The notes below the pieces were generated by a model that was not told the origin of the DNA, ran no database searches, and was given only the letters and a program-made list of their open reading frames with translations. A stretch of 52,187 bases of DNA from an uncultured Luminiphilus sp. Its GTDB lineage: Bacteria > Pseudomonadota > Gammaproteobacteria > Pseudomonadales > Halieaceae. Below, piece after piece: positions 22,115-32,085 of the stretch (positions are counted from its first letter, which is position 1; the number at the start of each line of letters is the position of its first letter). The stretch lies in NCBI GenBank assembly GCA_905478845.1, contig CAJQKG010000155.1, forward strand, positions 1 to 52,187, in the 5' to 3' direction. Both the position numbers and the translations under genes were made by a program.

Positions 22115-22797
22115 GTGCGGGTAATGACGTTGTGAAGCGACAACAGGGACGCCGGGTATTACTGCTCATTGCAGGAATCCCACTGAGCATGATGTTGGCA
22201 GCAACGCTGTTGTGGTGGGCTGTGGCAGAAGGCCAGTTTGATATTGTTGGCGCCGTGGGGACGGCTAACCATGGCGAGTTGATCGTGCCGCCAAAAAGTG
22301 TGTCGCAGAGTACTTTTTCTGACGACGGTGCTGCCGACCTGCTTTGGGAGGATCTTCCGGCGAAATGGCACTTGTTAATTGTCCACCGCGGCGAATTGTG
22401 TGAGGCAGTCTGCCAGCAGCAACTCTACCAGACTCGGCAGATTCACATTGCCCTTGGAAAAGACTTCAACCGAGTAGGACGTGTTCTATTGACTGATCTG
22501 CCTGCAGACGCCATTGCTGTGACGTCTACTGCTGAGGCAGCATCAGAGGCAGTCGGGGTAGCCCCGAGCGTTGATGCCACCTTGGCCGACTGGATTGCAG
22601 CCGAGCATGCAGGTGTGACTGCACTGACGCTACCTCTCGCCGAAATGGAACAACTGATACCAACGACGCTGGCGCCAAACGGTCATTGGTATGTTGTTGA
22701 TCCGGCAGGCTGGATCATGATGCAGGTGGCCAATGATCTTTACTATAAAGACGTGATTAGTGATCTTCGGTTTTTATTAAAGAACTCGGGCAGCTAG
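22111..22797 (+). CDS. Conserved cox-cluster membrane protein of unknown function
   Basis: N-terminal TM, NHGELI, CxxxC (CEAVC), VVDPAG..MM, DLRFLLK. ATGA overlap with SURF1. Confidence 0.8.
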   Translation: MSAGNDVVKRQQGRRVLLLIAGIPLSMMLAATLLWWAVAEGQFDIVGAVGTANHGELIVPPKSVSQSTFSDDGAADLLWEDLPAKWHLLIVHRGELCEAVCQQQLYQTRQIHIALGKDFNRVGRVLLTDLPADAIAVTSTAEAASEAVGVAPSVDATLADWIAAEHAGVTALTLPLAEMEQLIPTTLAPNGHWYVVDPAGWIMMQVANDLYYKDVISDLRFLLKNSGS

Positions 22798-22878
22798 CAC
22801 AGCGTTGGTTGCCCGCTTGCGGATGCGGGGATTTTGTTAAGTGGCGCGCGGTTGAAGCCGAGAAAAAAGGAGTGATGG

Positions 22879-23529
22879 GTGACTGAACCGGATCGACGAG
22901 GGATTCGCTGGACCATTTTTGGCGTACTGGTGTTTATGGCCATTGTGGTGGCGAGCTTTGTTCATCGCGTGGGCGAGCCCCGTGTGATGAGCCTTGCTGA
23001 GAGTCGTATCAACGGATTATTTCTATTTGATACCCCTCGTGATGTGGGCAGTTTTTCGTTGATCGACCATACCGGCGCGCCCTATACCGCCGATCGTTTA
23101 CAGGGCCACTGGACCTTAGTTTTTTTTGGCTTTACGCATTGCCCTGATATTTGTCCGACCACGCTCGCTGAGTTAGCCGAGCTAAAACAGCAGCTGCAAG
23201 GCACCGAGGCGGATGAGACCGCTGTGGTCATGCTGTCGGTAGACCCCGCTCGAGATACACCCGAGAGGCTGTCGCAATATGTTCCGTACTTTCACCCCGA
23301 TTTCCTCGGTGTGACGGGTGCCTTTGAATCGATTCTGAGTGTCACCCAGCGCTTAAACGCGCCGTTTCGCAAAGTCACCGCAAACGACGGCAGTTACCAA
23401 ATGGAGCACAGTGCCAACGTGGCGCTAATGAATCCGAGGGGGGATTACCATGGCTTCTTTCGTGCCCCCCTCGACATACCCAAAATGCGGGTAACATTAC
23501 GATCCGCTCAGTATCTCTGGGACCATTAA
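22879..23529 (+). CDS. SCO1/SenC copper chaperone
   Basis: FFGFTHCPDICPTTL, SVDPARD, YQMEHS. Strong AAGGAG RBS. Confidence 0.95.
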   Translation: MTEPDRRGIRWTIFGVLVFMAIVVASFVHRVGEPRVMSLAESRINGLFLFDTPRDVGSFSLIDHTGAPYTADRLQGHWTLVFFGFTHCPDICPTTLAELAELKQQLQGTEADETAVVMLSVDPARDTPERLSQYVPYFHPDFLGVTGAFESILSVTQRLNAPFRKVTANDGSYQMEHSANVALMNPRGDYHGFFRAPLDIPKMRVTLRSAQYLWDH

Positions 23530-23533
23530 CATT

Positions 23534-26296
23534 ATGTTAAATCGCCTTATTCTGGTGGATGGCTCTTCTTATTTATTCCGCGCATACCACGCGTTACCCC
23601 CACTGACCAACTCAAAGGGCCTGAATACTGGCGCCGCAAAGGGCGTGATTGGGATGATTCGTAAGTTGGTCGCTGACTATGATGGCGATCAGGTGGTGGT
23701 GATCTTCGATGCCAAAGGACCCACCTTTCGTCACGAAATGTATGCGGATTACAAGGCTAACCGGCCTCCTATGCCAGACGAGCTGCGTGAACAGATTGAG
23801 CCGATTCACGCCGCTATTAAAGCGATGGGCCTGCCTTTGATCTGCATAGGCGGCGTCGAGGCAGACGACGTGATCGGGACGTTGTCTGTGGAGGCGGCGA
23901 GCAGTGGTCGCGAGGTAGTGATTTCGACCGGCGACAAAGATATGGCGCAGCTGGTCAACGACAAAGTCACGCTGATTAACACCATGAATAATACTGCTAT
24001 GGACAGTGCCGGCGTCGTCGATAAGTTTGGCGTGCCGCCAGAGCTGATTATTGATCTGCTCGCCTTAATGGGCGACAAAGTCGACAACATTCCCGGGGTG
24101 GCCGGTGTCGGCGAGAAGACAGCAACGGCGTTATTACAGCACCTTGGTGGCATGACTGCGATCTATCAACAACTGGATGCGGTTGCCGCATTGCCGATTC
24201 GGGGCGCTAAGAGTCTGGCGAGTAAGCTGGAGCTCGCACGTGACGAAGCGTTGCTGAGTTATGAATTGGCGACGATCAAAACAGACTGTGAGCTAGGGTT
24301 GGAAACGGGCGCACTGAACTCGACTTTGCCCGATAACGAGACGTTGATTGCCTTGTTTCGCGATCTTGAGTTTAAAAATTGGCTGGAGGCGTTACTCGAT
24401 AATGGCTTGGGCGCCCTGGTGCAAGCCGCCTCCAACGAGTCAACAGCGGACACCCCTGCAGAAGACAGGCCACCGGAGGTCGGCGCCCCTCTCAACGTAA
24501 TTACCATATTGGATTCCGCAACATGGGACGATTGGTTCAGCGCACTCTCCGCCGCCGATTTTTTCGCCTTCGATACCGAGACGACCAGTCTTGATTACAT
24601 GGTGGCAGAAGTGGTGGGCGTTTCCTTTGCGGTAGAAGCTGGCACCGCCGCGTATGTGCCATTGGCACATGATTACCCCGGCGCGCCAGAGCAGCTAAAC
24701 CGCGATCAGGTGTTGGCTCAGTTAAAGCCCTTATTAGAGGATGAGACAAAAGGAAAGCTAGGTCAGCATCTAAAATATGATGCCAATGTCCTGATGAACC
24801 ACGGTATTACACTGCGGGGTATTCGTGAGGATACGATGCTCGAGTCTTACGTGCTTGACGCGACCGGAAGTCGTCATGACCTAGATACTTTGGCGCTTAA
24901 ATATTTGGGACAACGCACTATTCACTTCGAAGATATCGCAGGGAAAGGTGTTAAGCAGATCACCTTCAACCAGGTGCCGATTGAACAAGCAGCCCCTTAT
25001 GCAGCCGAGGATGCTGACGTCACCTTGCGGTTACACGCATTGCTGTCCGCTCGCCTGGAGGCGGAGCCCTCCCTTTACCAGCTGTACCGTGAGCTGGAGG
25101 TTCCGCTAGTGCCTGTGCTGTCTCGTATCGAGCGAAACGGGACATTGGTGTGTCGAGAGCAACTGGCGGCACAAAGTGCTGAGCTGGGTCAGCGAATGTT
25201 GGTGCTCGAGGCTAAGGCTCACGAACTCGCGGGTGGCCCGTTTAACCTCGGTTCACCCAAGCAGTTGGGCGAAATATTATTCAATAAACTTGAGCTCCCC
25301 GTGCTGAAGAAAACCCCTAAGGGGGCGCCTTCGACAGCGGAAGAGGTGCTGGCGGAATTGGCTTTGGATTACCCCTTGCCCGCCGTGTTGATGGAATATC
25401 GAAGCCTCAGCAAGCTTAAATCGACTTATACCGACAAGCTCCCCGGAATGATCGACGCTAAAACAGGGCGGGTACATACCTCTTATCATCAGGCCGTAAC
25501 AGCGACGGGTCGGCTGTCGTCTTCTGACCCCAATTTGCAAAATATCCCGATTCGCACAGAAGAGGGCAGACGCATTCGACAAGCGTTTATTGCCGCCCCG
25601 GGCTGCAAGATTGTTGCGGCGGACTACTCGCAAATTGAGCTGCGTATTATGGCGCACCTGTCTCAGGATCCCGGCCTATTGGCCGCCTTCGCAGAAGGCC
25701 TCGATGTTCACAGTGCTACCGCGGCTGAAGTATTCGCGGTTGATATTGATCACGTATCGGTTGATCAGCGACGCAAGGCGAAGGCGATTAACTTTGGTTT
25801 GATTTACGGTATGTCGGCTTTTGGACTCGCAAAACAACTGGGTATCGGGCGTCACGAGGCGCAACAATATATCGACGTGTACTTTGCACGTTATCCAGGC
25901 GTTGCCGATTACATGGCGCGAACGCGCGCCCTCGCGCATGAGAAAGGTTATGTTGAAACACTTAAAGGAAGGCGCTTATACCTGCCTGAAATCAATGCCC
26001 GTAATCGACAGCGGCAACAGGCAGCCGAGCGCACCGCCATTAATGCGCCGATGCAAGGGACTGCCGCGGACCTGATTAAATTAGCCATGCTCGCGGTAGA
26101 CGCGTGGATTGATGCGTCAGGGGTGGATGCGCGATTAATGATGCAAGTGCACGATGAGCTGGTATTTGAGGTGGCTGACGATGCTGTCGCCGGCCTGAGC
26201 GAAAAGGTGGCGGCATTGATGTCAGACATCGGCTGGCTTGATGTCCCGCTAGTGGTGGATGTCGGTACGGGTGATAACTGGGATGAGGCGCATTAA
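23534..26296 (+). CDS. polA: DNA polymerase I
   Basis: LVDGSSYLFRAYHA, EADDVIG, FDTETT (3'-5' exonuclease), TGRLSSSDPNLQNIP, ADYSQIELR, QVHDEL. Confidence 0.99.
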   Translation: MLNRLILVDGSSYLFRAYHALPPLTNSKGLNTGAAKGVIGMIRKLVADYDGDQVVVIFDAKGPTFRHEMYADYKANRPPMPDELREQIEPIHAAIKAMGLPLICIGGVEADDVIGTLSVEAASSGREVVISTGDKDMAQLVNDKVTLINTMNNTAMDSAGVVDKFGVPPELIIDLLALMGDKVDNIPGVAGVGEKTATALLQHLGGMTAIYQQLDAVAALPIRGAKSLASKLELARDEALLSYELATIKTDCELGLETGALNSTLPDNETLIALFRDLEFKNWLEALLDNGLGALVQAASNESTADTPAEDRPPEVGAPLNVITILDSATWDDWFSALSAADFFAFDTETTSLDYMVAEVVGVSFAVEAGTAAYVPLAHDYPGAPEQLNRDQVLAQLKPLLEDETKGKLGQHLKYDANVLMNHGITLRGIREDTMLESYVLDATGSRHDLDTLALKYLGQRTIHFEDIAGKGVKQITFNQVPIEQAAPYAAEDADVTLRLHALLSARLEAEPSLYQLYRELEVPLVPVLSRIERNGTLVCREQLAAQSAELGQRMLVLEAKAHELAGGPFNLGSPKQLGEILFNKLELPVLKKTPKGAPSTAEEVLAELALDYPLPAVLMEYRSLSKLKSTYTDKLPGMIDAKTGRVHTSYHQAVTATGRLSSSDPNLQNIPIRTEEGRRIRQAFIAAPGCKIVAADYSQIELRIMAHLSQDPGLLAAFAEGLDVHSATAAEVFAVDIDHVSVDQRRKAKAINFGLIYGMSAFGLAKQLGIGRHEAQQYIDVYFARYPGVADYMARTRALAHEKGYVETLKGRRLYLPEINARNRQRQQAAERTAINAPMQGTAADLIKLAMLAVDAWIDASGVDARLMMQVHDELVFEVADDAVAGLSEKVAALMSDIGWLDVPLVVDVGTGDNWDEAH

Positions 26297-26305
26297 TCGT
26301 GTGCT

Positions 26306-26971
26306 TTAGGGCCCGTCGGACGGCGATTCAGCCTCATCGGGTAAGACCGATTCATCGGTTAGCCATCGATTAATCTGCTTACCTAGAATGTCTACTCCTT
26401 GGCGCTTAAGTGATGAAAACAACTGTACTCGGACCAGTTCTTCATGCTCACGGAGCTGACTTTGAACGGACAGTAGCGTGTTTTGAGCGGGGCCTCTCTT
26501 GAGCTTGTCGGCTTTGGTTAACAAAATATGGACCGGCATCGTGGCAGAGATCGCCCAGCCCAGCATCTGTTGATCTGGTTCAGTGAGTGGATGACGAACA
26601 TCCATCAGCATGACCAGTCCCCGGAGACTTTGTCGGTGCTGCAGGTAACGTTCGAGCTGCTGGTTCCACTTTTTTTTGACCGCGAGGGGGACTTTGGCAA
26701 AGCCATAGCCGGGTAAATCGACCAATCGTTGGTTTTCCGTTAGTGAAAAAAAATTAATTAACTGCGTACGCCCTGGCGTACGGGAAGTACGTGCCAGCTT
26801 GGCCTGCTCCGTTAACGTATTGATTGCACTAGATTTTCCGGAGTTAGATCGGCCGGCAAAGGCCACTTCCCAGCCGCTATCGGCCGGTGCATTTTCAATA
26901 GCGCTGGCACTTTGGAGAAAGGTCGCATCACGAAACCTGAGTTTGGCGGGAGACGTAGTTGGCTCGGTCAT
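26306..26971 (-). CDS. engB: GTP-binding protein EngB/YihA
   Basis: [30 protein letters not shown]. Probable start ATG 26971. Confidence 0.96.
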   Translation of the reverse strand: MTEPTTSPAKLRFRDATFLQSASAIENAPADSGWEVAFAGRSNSGKSSAINTLTEQAKLARTSRTPGRTQLINFFSLTENQRLVDLPGYGFAKVPLAVKKKWNQQLERYLQHRQSLRGLVMLMDVRHPLTEPDQQMLGWAISATMPVHILLTKADKLKRGPAQNTLLSVQSQLREHEELVRVQLFSSLKRQGVDILGKQINRWLTDESVLPDEAESPSDGP

Positions 26972-27001
26972 TTTGCGATTTGTGCCACGACACGGAACGT
27001 C

Positions 27002-27007
27002 TATAAT
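27002..27007 (+). promoter_or_regulatory. Putative -10 element (TATAAT) for the cytochrome c5/c4/dsbA unit
   Basis: Perfect TATAAT with TTGTGC 16 nt upstream. Confidence 0.4.
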
Positions 27008-27189
27008 GCCACGCTGTCCCACTAGTGGTGCAGGTTAAAAGTGTAAATTGCTGCAGGAAGTGAGTGTACGATGGCGTTGAGCAGCGAGGTGTCCCTTGCG
27101 GCCATTGTCACGATGGCAACATTGACCTACAGACCGTGCACGACCGTATTTCAACAATGAGATAGAAGAAGCTTTCAGAGGGTTTGATC

Positions 27190-27507
27190 ATGAAAACAAT
27201 CGCACTTACTCGCGCCGCTATGCGCCTTGCTGCTGGTGCTGCATTGGTTGTTGCGCCAACAGTCTTCGCAGGCGATCCACCGGCACAATATGCTGCCTCA
27301 TGTGGTGCTTGCCATTCGGTGGGCGTGGCGGGAGCGCCGGCAACAGGCAATGAAGCTGCCTGGGCGCCGCGAATGGAAAAGGGTATGGATGCGATGGTGG
27401 CGTCAGTCCGTAATGGCTTGGGTGCGATGCCTCCGGGTGGGCTGTGTAATAGTTGCAGTGACGAGGATTACGCTGCACTCATTACTTACATGTCCACTGC
27501 ACAATAA
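27190..27507 (+). CDS. Cytochrome c5-family protein
   Basis: Signal peptide, CGACH, GAP, W.PR, MPPGGLCNSC (c5-type cysteine pair). Confidence 0.92.
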   Translation: MKTIALTRAAMRLAAGAALVVAPTVFAGDPPAQYAASCGACHSVGVAGAPATGNEAAWAPRMEKGMDAMVASVRNGLGAMPPGGLCNSCSDEDYAALITYMSTAQ

Positions 27508-27522
27508 TTTCGGCGAACGAGA

Positions 27523-28179
27523 ATGACTATGTTTCAGCGAGTGGCCCACAAGACTCAAGGTTTACTTTTTATTGCATTGTTAAGCACTGGTGCGGCGGTT
27601 AACGCTAGTAATGGTGACGCCGAAGCGGGCCAGAGTAAGGCCGCAACATGCGTTGCCTGCCACGGTGTCGATGGCAACAGTGCCGTACCCACGTTCCCTA
27701 AATTGGCGGGGCTGGGCCACAAATATTTGCTCAAGCAGATGCAAGATATTCGCGATGGTCGTCGCCCGGTCGCACTCATGGCAGGGCAGGTCGACAACAT
27801 GACCGATGAAGACTTATCGGATATTGCTGCTTTTTATGATGCGCAAGCGCGATCGGGTGGCATGAGTGATCCCGATAAAGTGGCGTTGGGTAAGAAGGTT
27901 TATTTAGCCGGTATTGCTGAGAGGCAGGTGCCCGCGTGTTCGGGTTGCCACAGCCCCACTGGTAACGGTAACAGCCTAGCGGGATATCCCTCTCTCGGCG
28001 GACAGCATGCCGAGTACATCGCGTCGCAGCTTAAGATGTTCAGAAAGGGTTATGAAGACCCAGCGGGCCGCACAAATGGTGGCGACGCAAAGATCATGCG
28101 CACCACGGCGTTCCGGATGAGTGACATGGAAATTGAGGCGGTGGCGAGCTACATTGCGGGACTGCAACCTACCCCATAG
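27523..28179 (+). CDS. Diheme cytochrome c4
   Basis: Signal peptide and two CXXCH motifs (CVACH, CSGCH), P.LAG, YL.KQ. Confidence 0.94.
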   Translation: MTMFQRVAHKTQGLLFIALLSTGAAVNASNGDAEAGQSKAATCVACHGVDGNSAVPTFPKLAGLGHKYLLKQMQDIRDGRRPVALMAGQVDNMTDEDLSDIAAFYDAQARSGGMSDPDKVALGKKVYLAGIAERQVPACSGCHSPTGNGNSLAGYPSLGGQHAEYIASQLKMFRKGYEDPAGRTNGGDAKIMRTTAFRMSDMEIEAVASYIAGLQPTP

Positions 28180-28234
28180 CTACCCCACAGTAGTGGCGGA
28201 TGACAGTAAGCATCAGTTCCAGAGAGGGATCTCT

Positions 28235-28888
28235 ATGATCAACATCACAACTCGACCCGTTTTTTGGTTTATTTGCGCCGTGTGCGTTGCCCTGACCACG
28301 TTGAGTGGCAGAGGGTTGGCAGAAGAACGTTGGGTGGAGGGGCAACACTATCAAAAACTGACCCCCCCTGTTGCCACAGGTCGCTCGCAAGACGTGGTGG
28401 TGACCGAGTTCTTTTGGTACGGCTGTGGGCACTGCTATACCTTTGAGCCTATGCTCACGGCATGGGGCAAGCAATTACCAGCGGGTGCAGTGGTGCAGCC
28501 CTCACCGGCGGTCTGGAATGACGGCATGAAAATCCACGCCAAGGCGTATTACATTGCGGAGGTGTTGGGGGTCAAGGAAACCGTTCACCCCATTATCTTT
28601 GATGCCATGCATGTGAAGCGCGAACGCCTCACCTCCCGACTCGCTTTGCGCGATTTGTTCGAGGACAGCGGTGTCGACCCCGTACAATTCGATAAAGCAT
28701 TTGATTCATTTGGTGTCGATTCTCAGGTTCGACAAGCGGACGCGCGCGCGCGATCCGCAAAAATATCGGGTACACCGTCGTTAATGGTGGCGGGAAAATA
28801 TCTGATTGAGACACGATCTGCCGGCAGTCAGACCAATATGCTGGATATTGCCCAATATCTGGTTGAAAAAGAGCTAGCTGCCCAGTAA
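28235..28888 (+). CDS. dsbA: Thiol:disulfide interchange protein DsbA
   Basis: EFFWYGCGHCY, GTP cis-Pro loop, GKY. Start ATG 28235 after GAGGG. Confidence 0.92.
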   Translation: MINITTRPVFWFICAVCVALTTLSGRGLAEERWVEGQHYQKLTPPVATGRSQDVVVTEFFWYGCGHCYTFEPMLTAWGKQLPAGAVVQPSPAVWNDGMKIHAKAYYIAEVLGVKETVHPIIFDAMHVKRERLTSRLALRDLFEDSGVDPVQFDKAFDSFGVDSQVRQADARARSAKISGTPSLMVAGKYLIETRSAGSQTNMLDIAQYLVEKELAAQ

Positions 28889-28896
28889 CTCGAGTG

Positions 28897-29373
28897 TCAA
28901 ACGCTGACGGCAGTGCGGGATAGCACTCGCCGTAACTCAAAACTCGAGTGGACCGCACTGACCCCAGGGATACGCGTGAGTGTCCCCAGCAGAAATTGCT
29001 CATAGTGGGCCATGTCTCTCACCACCGCTTTCAGCAGGTAATCAGCGCTCTGACCTGTTACGACGCAGCAGTCCACCACTTCGGGGACATCTACGATCGT
29101 TTCTTCAAAGGCTTCAAAGCGATCTGGTGTATGTCGATCCATGGTGACGCTCACGTGCGCAGTGAGATGTAGGCCGAGTTTTTTGGGGTCTACCATCGCG
29201 ACCTGATGAGTAATAATGCGTTCAGTCCAAAGGCGTTTTACCCGCCGAGCACAGGGCGTAGGCGATAGGCCGACACGCTCGGCAAGCTCCAGATTGCTCA
29301 GCCCACCTTCACGTTGCAGCACCTGCAAAATTTGACGATCAACGCGATCGAGCCTGAGGTCATTTGTATCCAT
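28897..29373 (-). CDS. Lrp/AsnC-family transcriptional regulator
   Basis: LDRVDRQIL, SNLELAERVGLSPTPCARRVKRL helix-turn-helix, VTG..ADYLL. Confidence 0.95.
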   Translation of the reverse strand: MDTNDLRLDRVDRQILQVLQREGGLSNLELAERVGLSPTPCARRVKRLWTERIITHQVAMVDPKKLGLHLTAHVSVTMDRHTPDRFEAFEETIVDVPEVVDCCVVTGQSADYLLKAVVRDMAHYEQFLLGTLTRIPGVSAVHSSFELRRVLSRTAVSV

Positions 29374-29524
29374 AATGCACCCATGCTTGGTGATATAAAA
29401 CGCAATAATACATAACTTTGGTCTTTATCACTCACTTTTTGGGATATATCGCGAATTTAAGTGAGTATCCCTCACGTGACCTAGTTACACTACGCCACGC
29501 TTTTATTCTTGTAGGAAGATCATC

Positions 29525-31201
29525 GTGAGCATGCCGCGCTTTGACCACCGTAAGTACCGCGCTTTCGAGCCCATTGCCAAGCCTGACCGTCGTTGGCCGG
29601 ATCAGCGCATTAAGCAGGCCCCCCAGTGGTGTTCAGTCGATCTGCGTGATGGCAATCAGGCCTTGGTTGAGCCCATGAATGCGGCGCAAAAACTGCGGCT
29701 ATGGGAACTGTTGGTGTCCATTGGTTTTAAAGAGATTGAAGTGGGGTTTCCCTCGGCATCCAGCCATGACTTTGCCTTTTTGCGTAAATTGATTGAAGAG
29801 GATCGCATTCCAGCGGACGTCACGGTGCAAGTACTGACACAAGCCCGCCCCGATTTGATTACGAAGACCTTCGCGGCACTAACGGGTGCGCGTCGGGCGG
29901 TTGTTCACTTTTATAACAGCACCTCGACGGTTCAACGTGAATATGTATTCGGCCTAGATCGGGAGGGCATCACTGAGATTGCGGTGACTGGCGCACAGTT
30001 GGTGAAGGCGGCTGCCGAGGCGCGACCCGAGACAGAATGGGTCTTTGAGTACAGCCCGGAAAGTTTCACTGGGACCGAGTTGGAGTTTGCGGTGACGGTT
30101 TGCGACGCGGTGAATGCGGTACTGGCCCCTACGCCTGAGAAGCCGGTCATTATTAACCTGCCTGCCACCGTTGAGATGAGCACCCCCAATATTTATGCCG
30201 ATCAAATAGAGTGGTTTAGTGACCATGTGCGGCATCGTGACTCGTTGATTTTGTCATTACATACCCATAATGATCGAGGTTGTGCAGTAGCGGCTTCTGA
30301 ATTGGGTCTGATGGCGGGTGCTGATCGGGTGGAGGGCACGTTGCTCGGCAATGGTGAGCGCACCGGCAACATGGACATTCTTACCATGGCGATGAATTTG
30401 TACAGCCAAGGCGTCGACCCCGAGCTTGATTTCACCCATATGGATGAGATCTGTACGGTGGCGCGCGAGTGCACTCAATTACCAGTTCATCCCCGGCATC
30501 CATACGCGGGAGAGCTGGTGTTCACGGCTTTTTCAGGCAGTCACCAGGACGCGATCCACAAATGCCTGTCAAAGCGTGACCCTGAAAGTAGCTGGGATGT
30601 TGCCTATTTGCCCATCGATCCGGCGGATATCGGCCGGACGTATCAGGAGGTGATTAGAATCAACAGTCAATCGGGTAAGGGCGGCGTCGCCCATGTGTTG
30701 CGGCGAGACTATGGTCTTGAGTTACCGCGCTGGTTGCAGGTTGATTTTAGTGCTGCGGTGCAAGGCTTAGCAGAAGACAGTGAAGCAGAAGTGTCCTCAG
30801 ACGATATTTATGCGCTGTTTCAGCAAACCTACTTAATGACCGCCAACCAATGGCAGCTTGGGAATTACCAGCTATTAAGGCAAGACGGCAGCGACGGTTT
30901 AGAGGTTACGCTGAAAGGGCCAAGCGGTGAGGTTGCGCTGAGCGGTCAAGGGAGTGGTGTGGTCGATGCCTTTGTTCAGGCCATGGAGTCCATCACCGGT
31001 CGACACATCGTGGTAGTAGAGTATTCTGAGCACACTTTAGGCCAGAGTGCGGATGCGGAGGCAGTGTGTTACGTCCAGCTCAATATCGATGGCGAACGGC
31101 CCTGCGGTGTCGGTCGCAGCCACGACATCGTGCACGCGTCACTAGCCGCCATTCTCTCTGCTCTGGACGGCCGCGGATTGCTCTTAGCCAACGTCGCTTG
31201 A
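29525..31201 (+). CDS. leuA: 2-isopropylmalate synthase (yeast/actinobacterial type)
   Basis: WCSVDLRDGNQAL, EYSPESF, LHTHNDRG, GNGERTGN, AFSGSHQDAI, RINSQSGKGG. Confidence 0.96.
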   Translation: MSMPRFDHRKYRAFEPIAKPDRRWPDQRIKQAPQWCSVDLRDGNQALVEPMNAAQKLRLWELLVSIGFKEIEVGFPSASSHDFAFLRKLIEEDRIPADVTVQVLTQARPDLITKTFAALTGARRAVVHFYNSTSTVQREYVFGLDREGITEIAVTGAQLVKAAAEARPETEWVFEYSPESFTGTELEFAVTVCDAVNAVLAPTPEKPVIINLPATVEMSTPNIYADQIEWFSDHVRHRDSLILSLHTHNDRGCAVAASELGLMAGADRVEGTLLGNGERTGNMDILTMAMNLYSQGVDPELDFTHMDEICTVARECTQLPVHPRHPYAGELVFTAFSGSHQDAIHKCLSKRDPESSWDVAYLPIDPADIGRTYQEVIRINSQSGKGGVAHVLRRDYGLELPRWLQVDFSAAVQGLAEDSEAEVSSDDIYALFQQTYLMTANQWQLGNYQLLRQDGSDGLEVTLKGPSGEVALSGQGSGVVDAFVQAMESITGRHIVVVEYSEHTLGQSADAEAVCYVQLNIDGERPCGVGRSHDIVHASLAAILSALDGRGLLLANVA

Positions 31202-32079
31202 CGGGACTGCACCGCTCAGCCGGTGTGAATCGTCCTGCCGGCGGGTCGCTGAAATTGCTACTGTGCCTGATACTTTGCTTGGTATCGGGCTGCTCGGCGA
31301 CCCAATTTATTTATAACCGAGTCGATATTGTGATTCGGTGGTATCTCGACGATTACGTCACGCTCAGTCGTGATCAGCAGGCGCAATTTGATGAGCGACT
31401 TGACGACTTACTGTCTTGGCACCGTCAAGAAGAGCTGCCCGGTTATGTCAGCCTCTTAGATGACACCTTGGTCATTCTCGACGAGGGTGTTCCCCTTGAG
31501 TCTGCGCGGTTGATGGCGGCCAGTATTGAAGCGGCGGCTAACCGAATTCAGGGCCCCTTTTTAGAGTTGTTATTGAGTACCGGACAGACGCTCGATCTCT
31601 CGCAGCGACAGGGCTTTGTCGATGCTTTACTCACCAAACAAGACGAACTGGAAGCAGATCGATTAGCGCGGGACGACGAGGATTATCGTAATGACGTTGA
31701 GGCGCGTTTTGATGAGCAGCTGTCGGATTATCTCGGGCCGTTGTCAGATCGACAGACAGAGCGTATTCGCAGCGGTGTGATGGAGATGACACGACTCGAC
31801 ACGTTTTGGTTAGCGGATAGACGGGTCTGGATTACGACGTTGTCGGAGATTCTGATTGCGGATAGCCCCGAGTGGCCGCAACAGGTGCGAGCACTGATCG
31901 CTGGCCGTGATGAGGCGCAGTTGCCCGCCTACCGAGAAGGCATTGAGCACAATGGTGAGGTGATCCTGCAACTCGTTCGCGGTGTGCTCATTGAGCGCAG
32001 CAGCAAGCAAGACAAAAAGCTAAGACGACGACTCAGCGCCTTACGCGACGACCTGGCTCAACTTGCCAGCGTGGAATAG
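31198..32079 (+). CDS. Putative lipoprotein (DUF6279-like)
   Basis: Lipobox LVSG-C followed by YN..D..I.WYLDDYV.L...WHR..ELP.Y. Start TTG 31198 or GTG 31225. Confidence 0.7.
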   Translation: MTGLHRSAGVNRPAGGSLKLLLCLILCLVSGCSATQFIYNRVDIVIRWYLDDYVTLSRDQQAQFDERLDDLLSWHRQEELPGYVSLLDDTLVILDEGVPLESARLMAASIEAAANRIQGPFLELLLSTGQTLDLSQRQGFVDALLTKQDELEADRLARDDEDYRNDVEARFDEQLSDYLGPLSDRQTERIRSGVMEMTRLDTFWLADRRVWITTLSEILIADSPEWPQQVRALIAGRDEAQLPAYREGIEHNGEVILQLVRGVLIERSSKQDKKLRRRLSALRDDLAQLASVE

Positions 32080-32085
32080 CAATGC

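Noticed and set aside
29374-29524. leuA attenuator leader peptide
   Set aside because: The short ORF I found (MHPCLVI) is not Leu-rich and no terminator hairpin is evident.
31066-31197. Long Arg-rich N-terminus of the lipoprotein ORF
   Set aside because: It overlaps the leuA 3' end; the lipobox position favours a start at 31198 or 31225.
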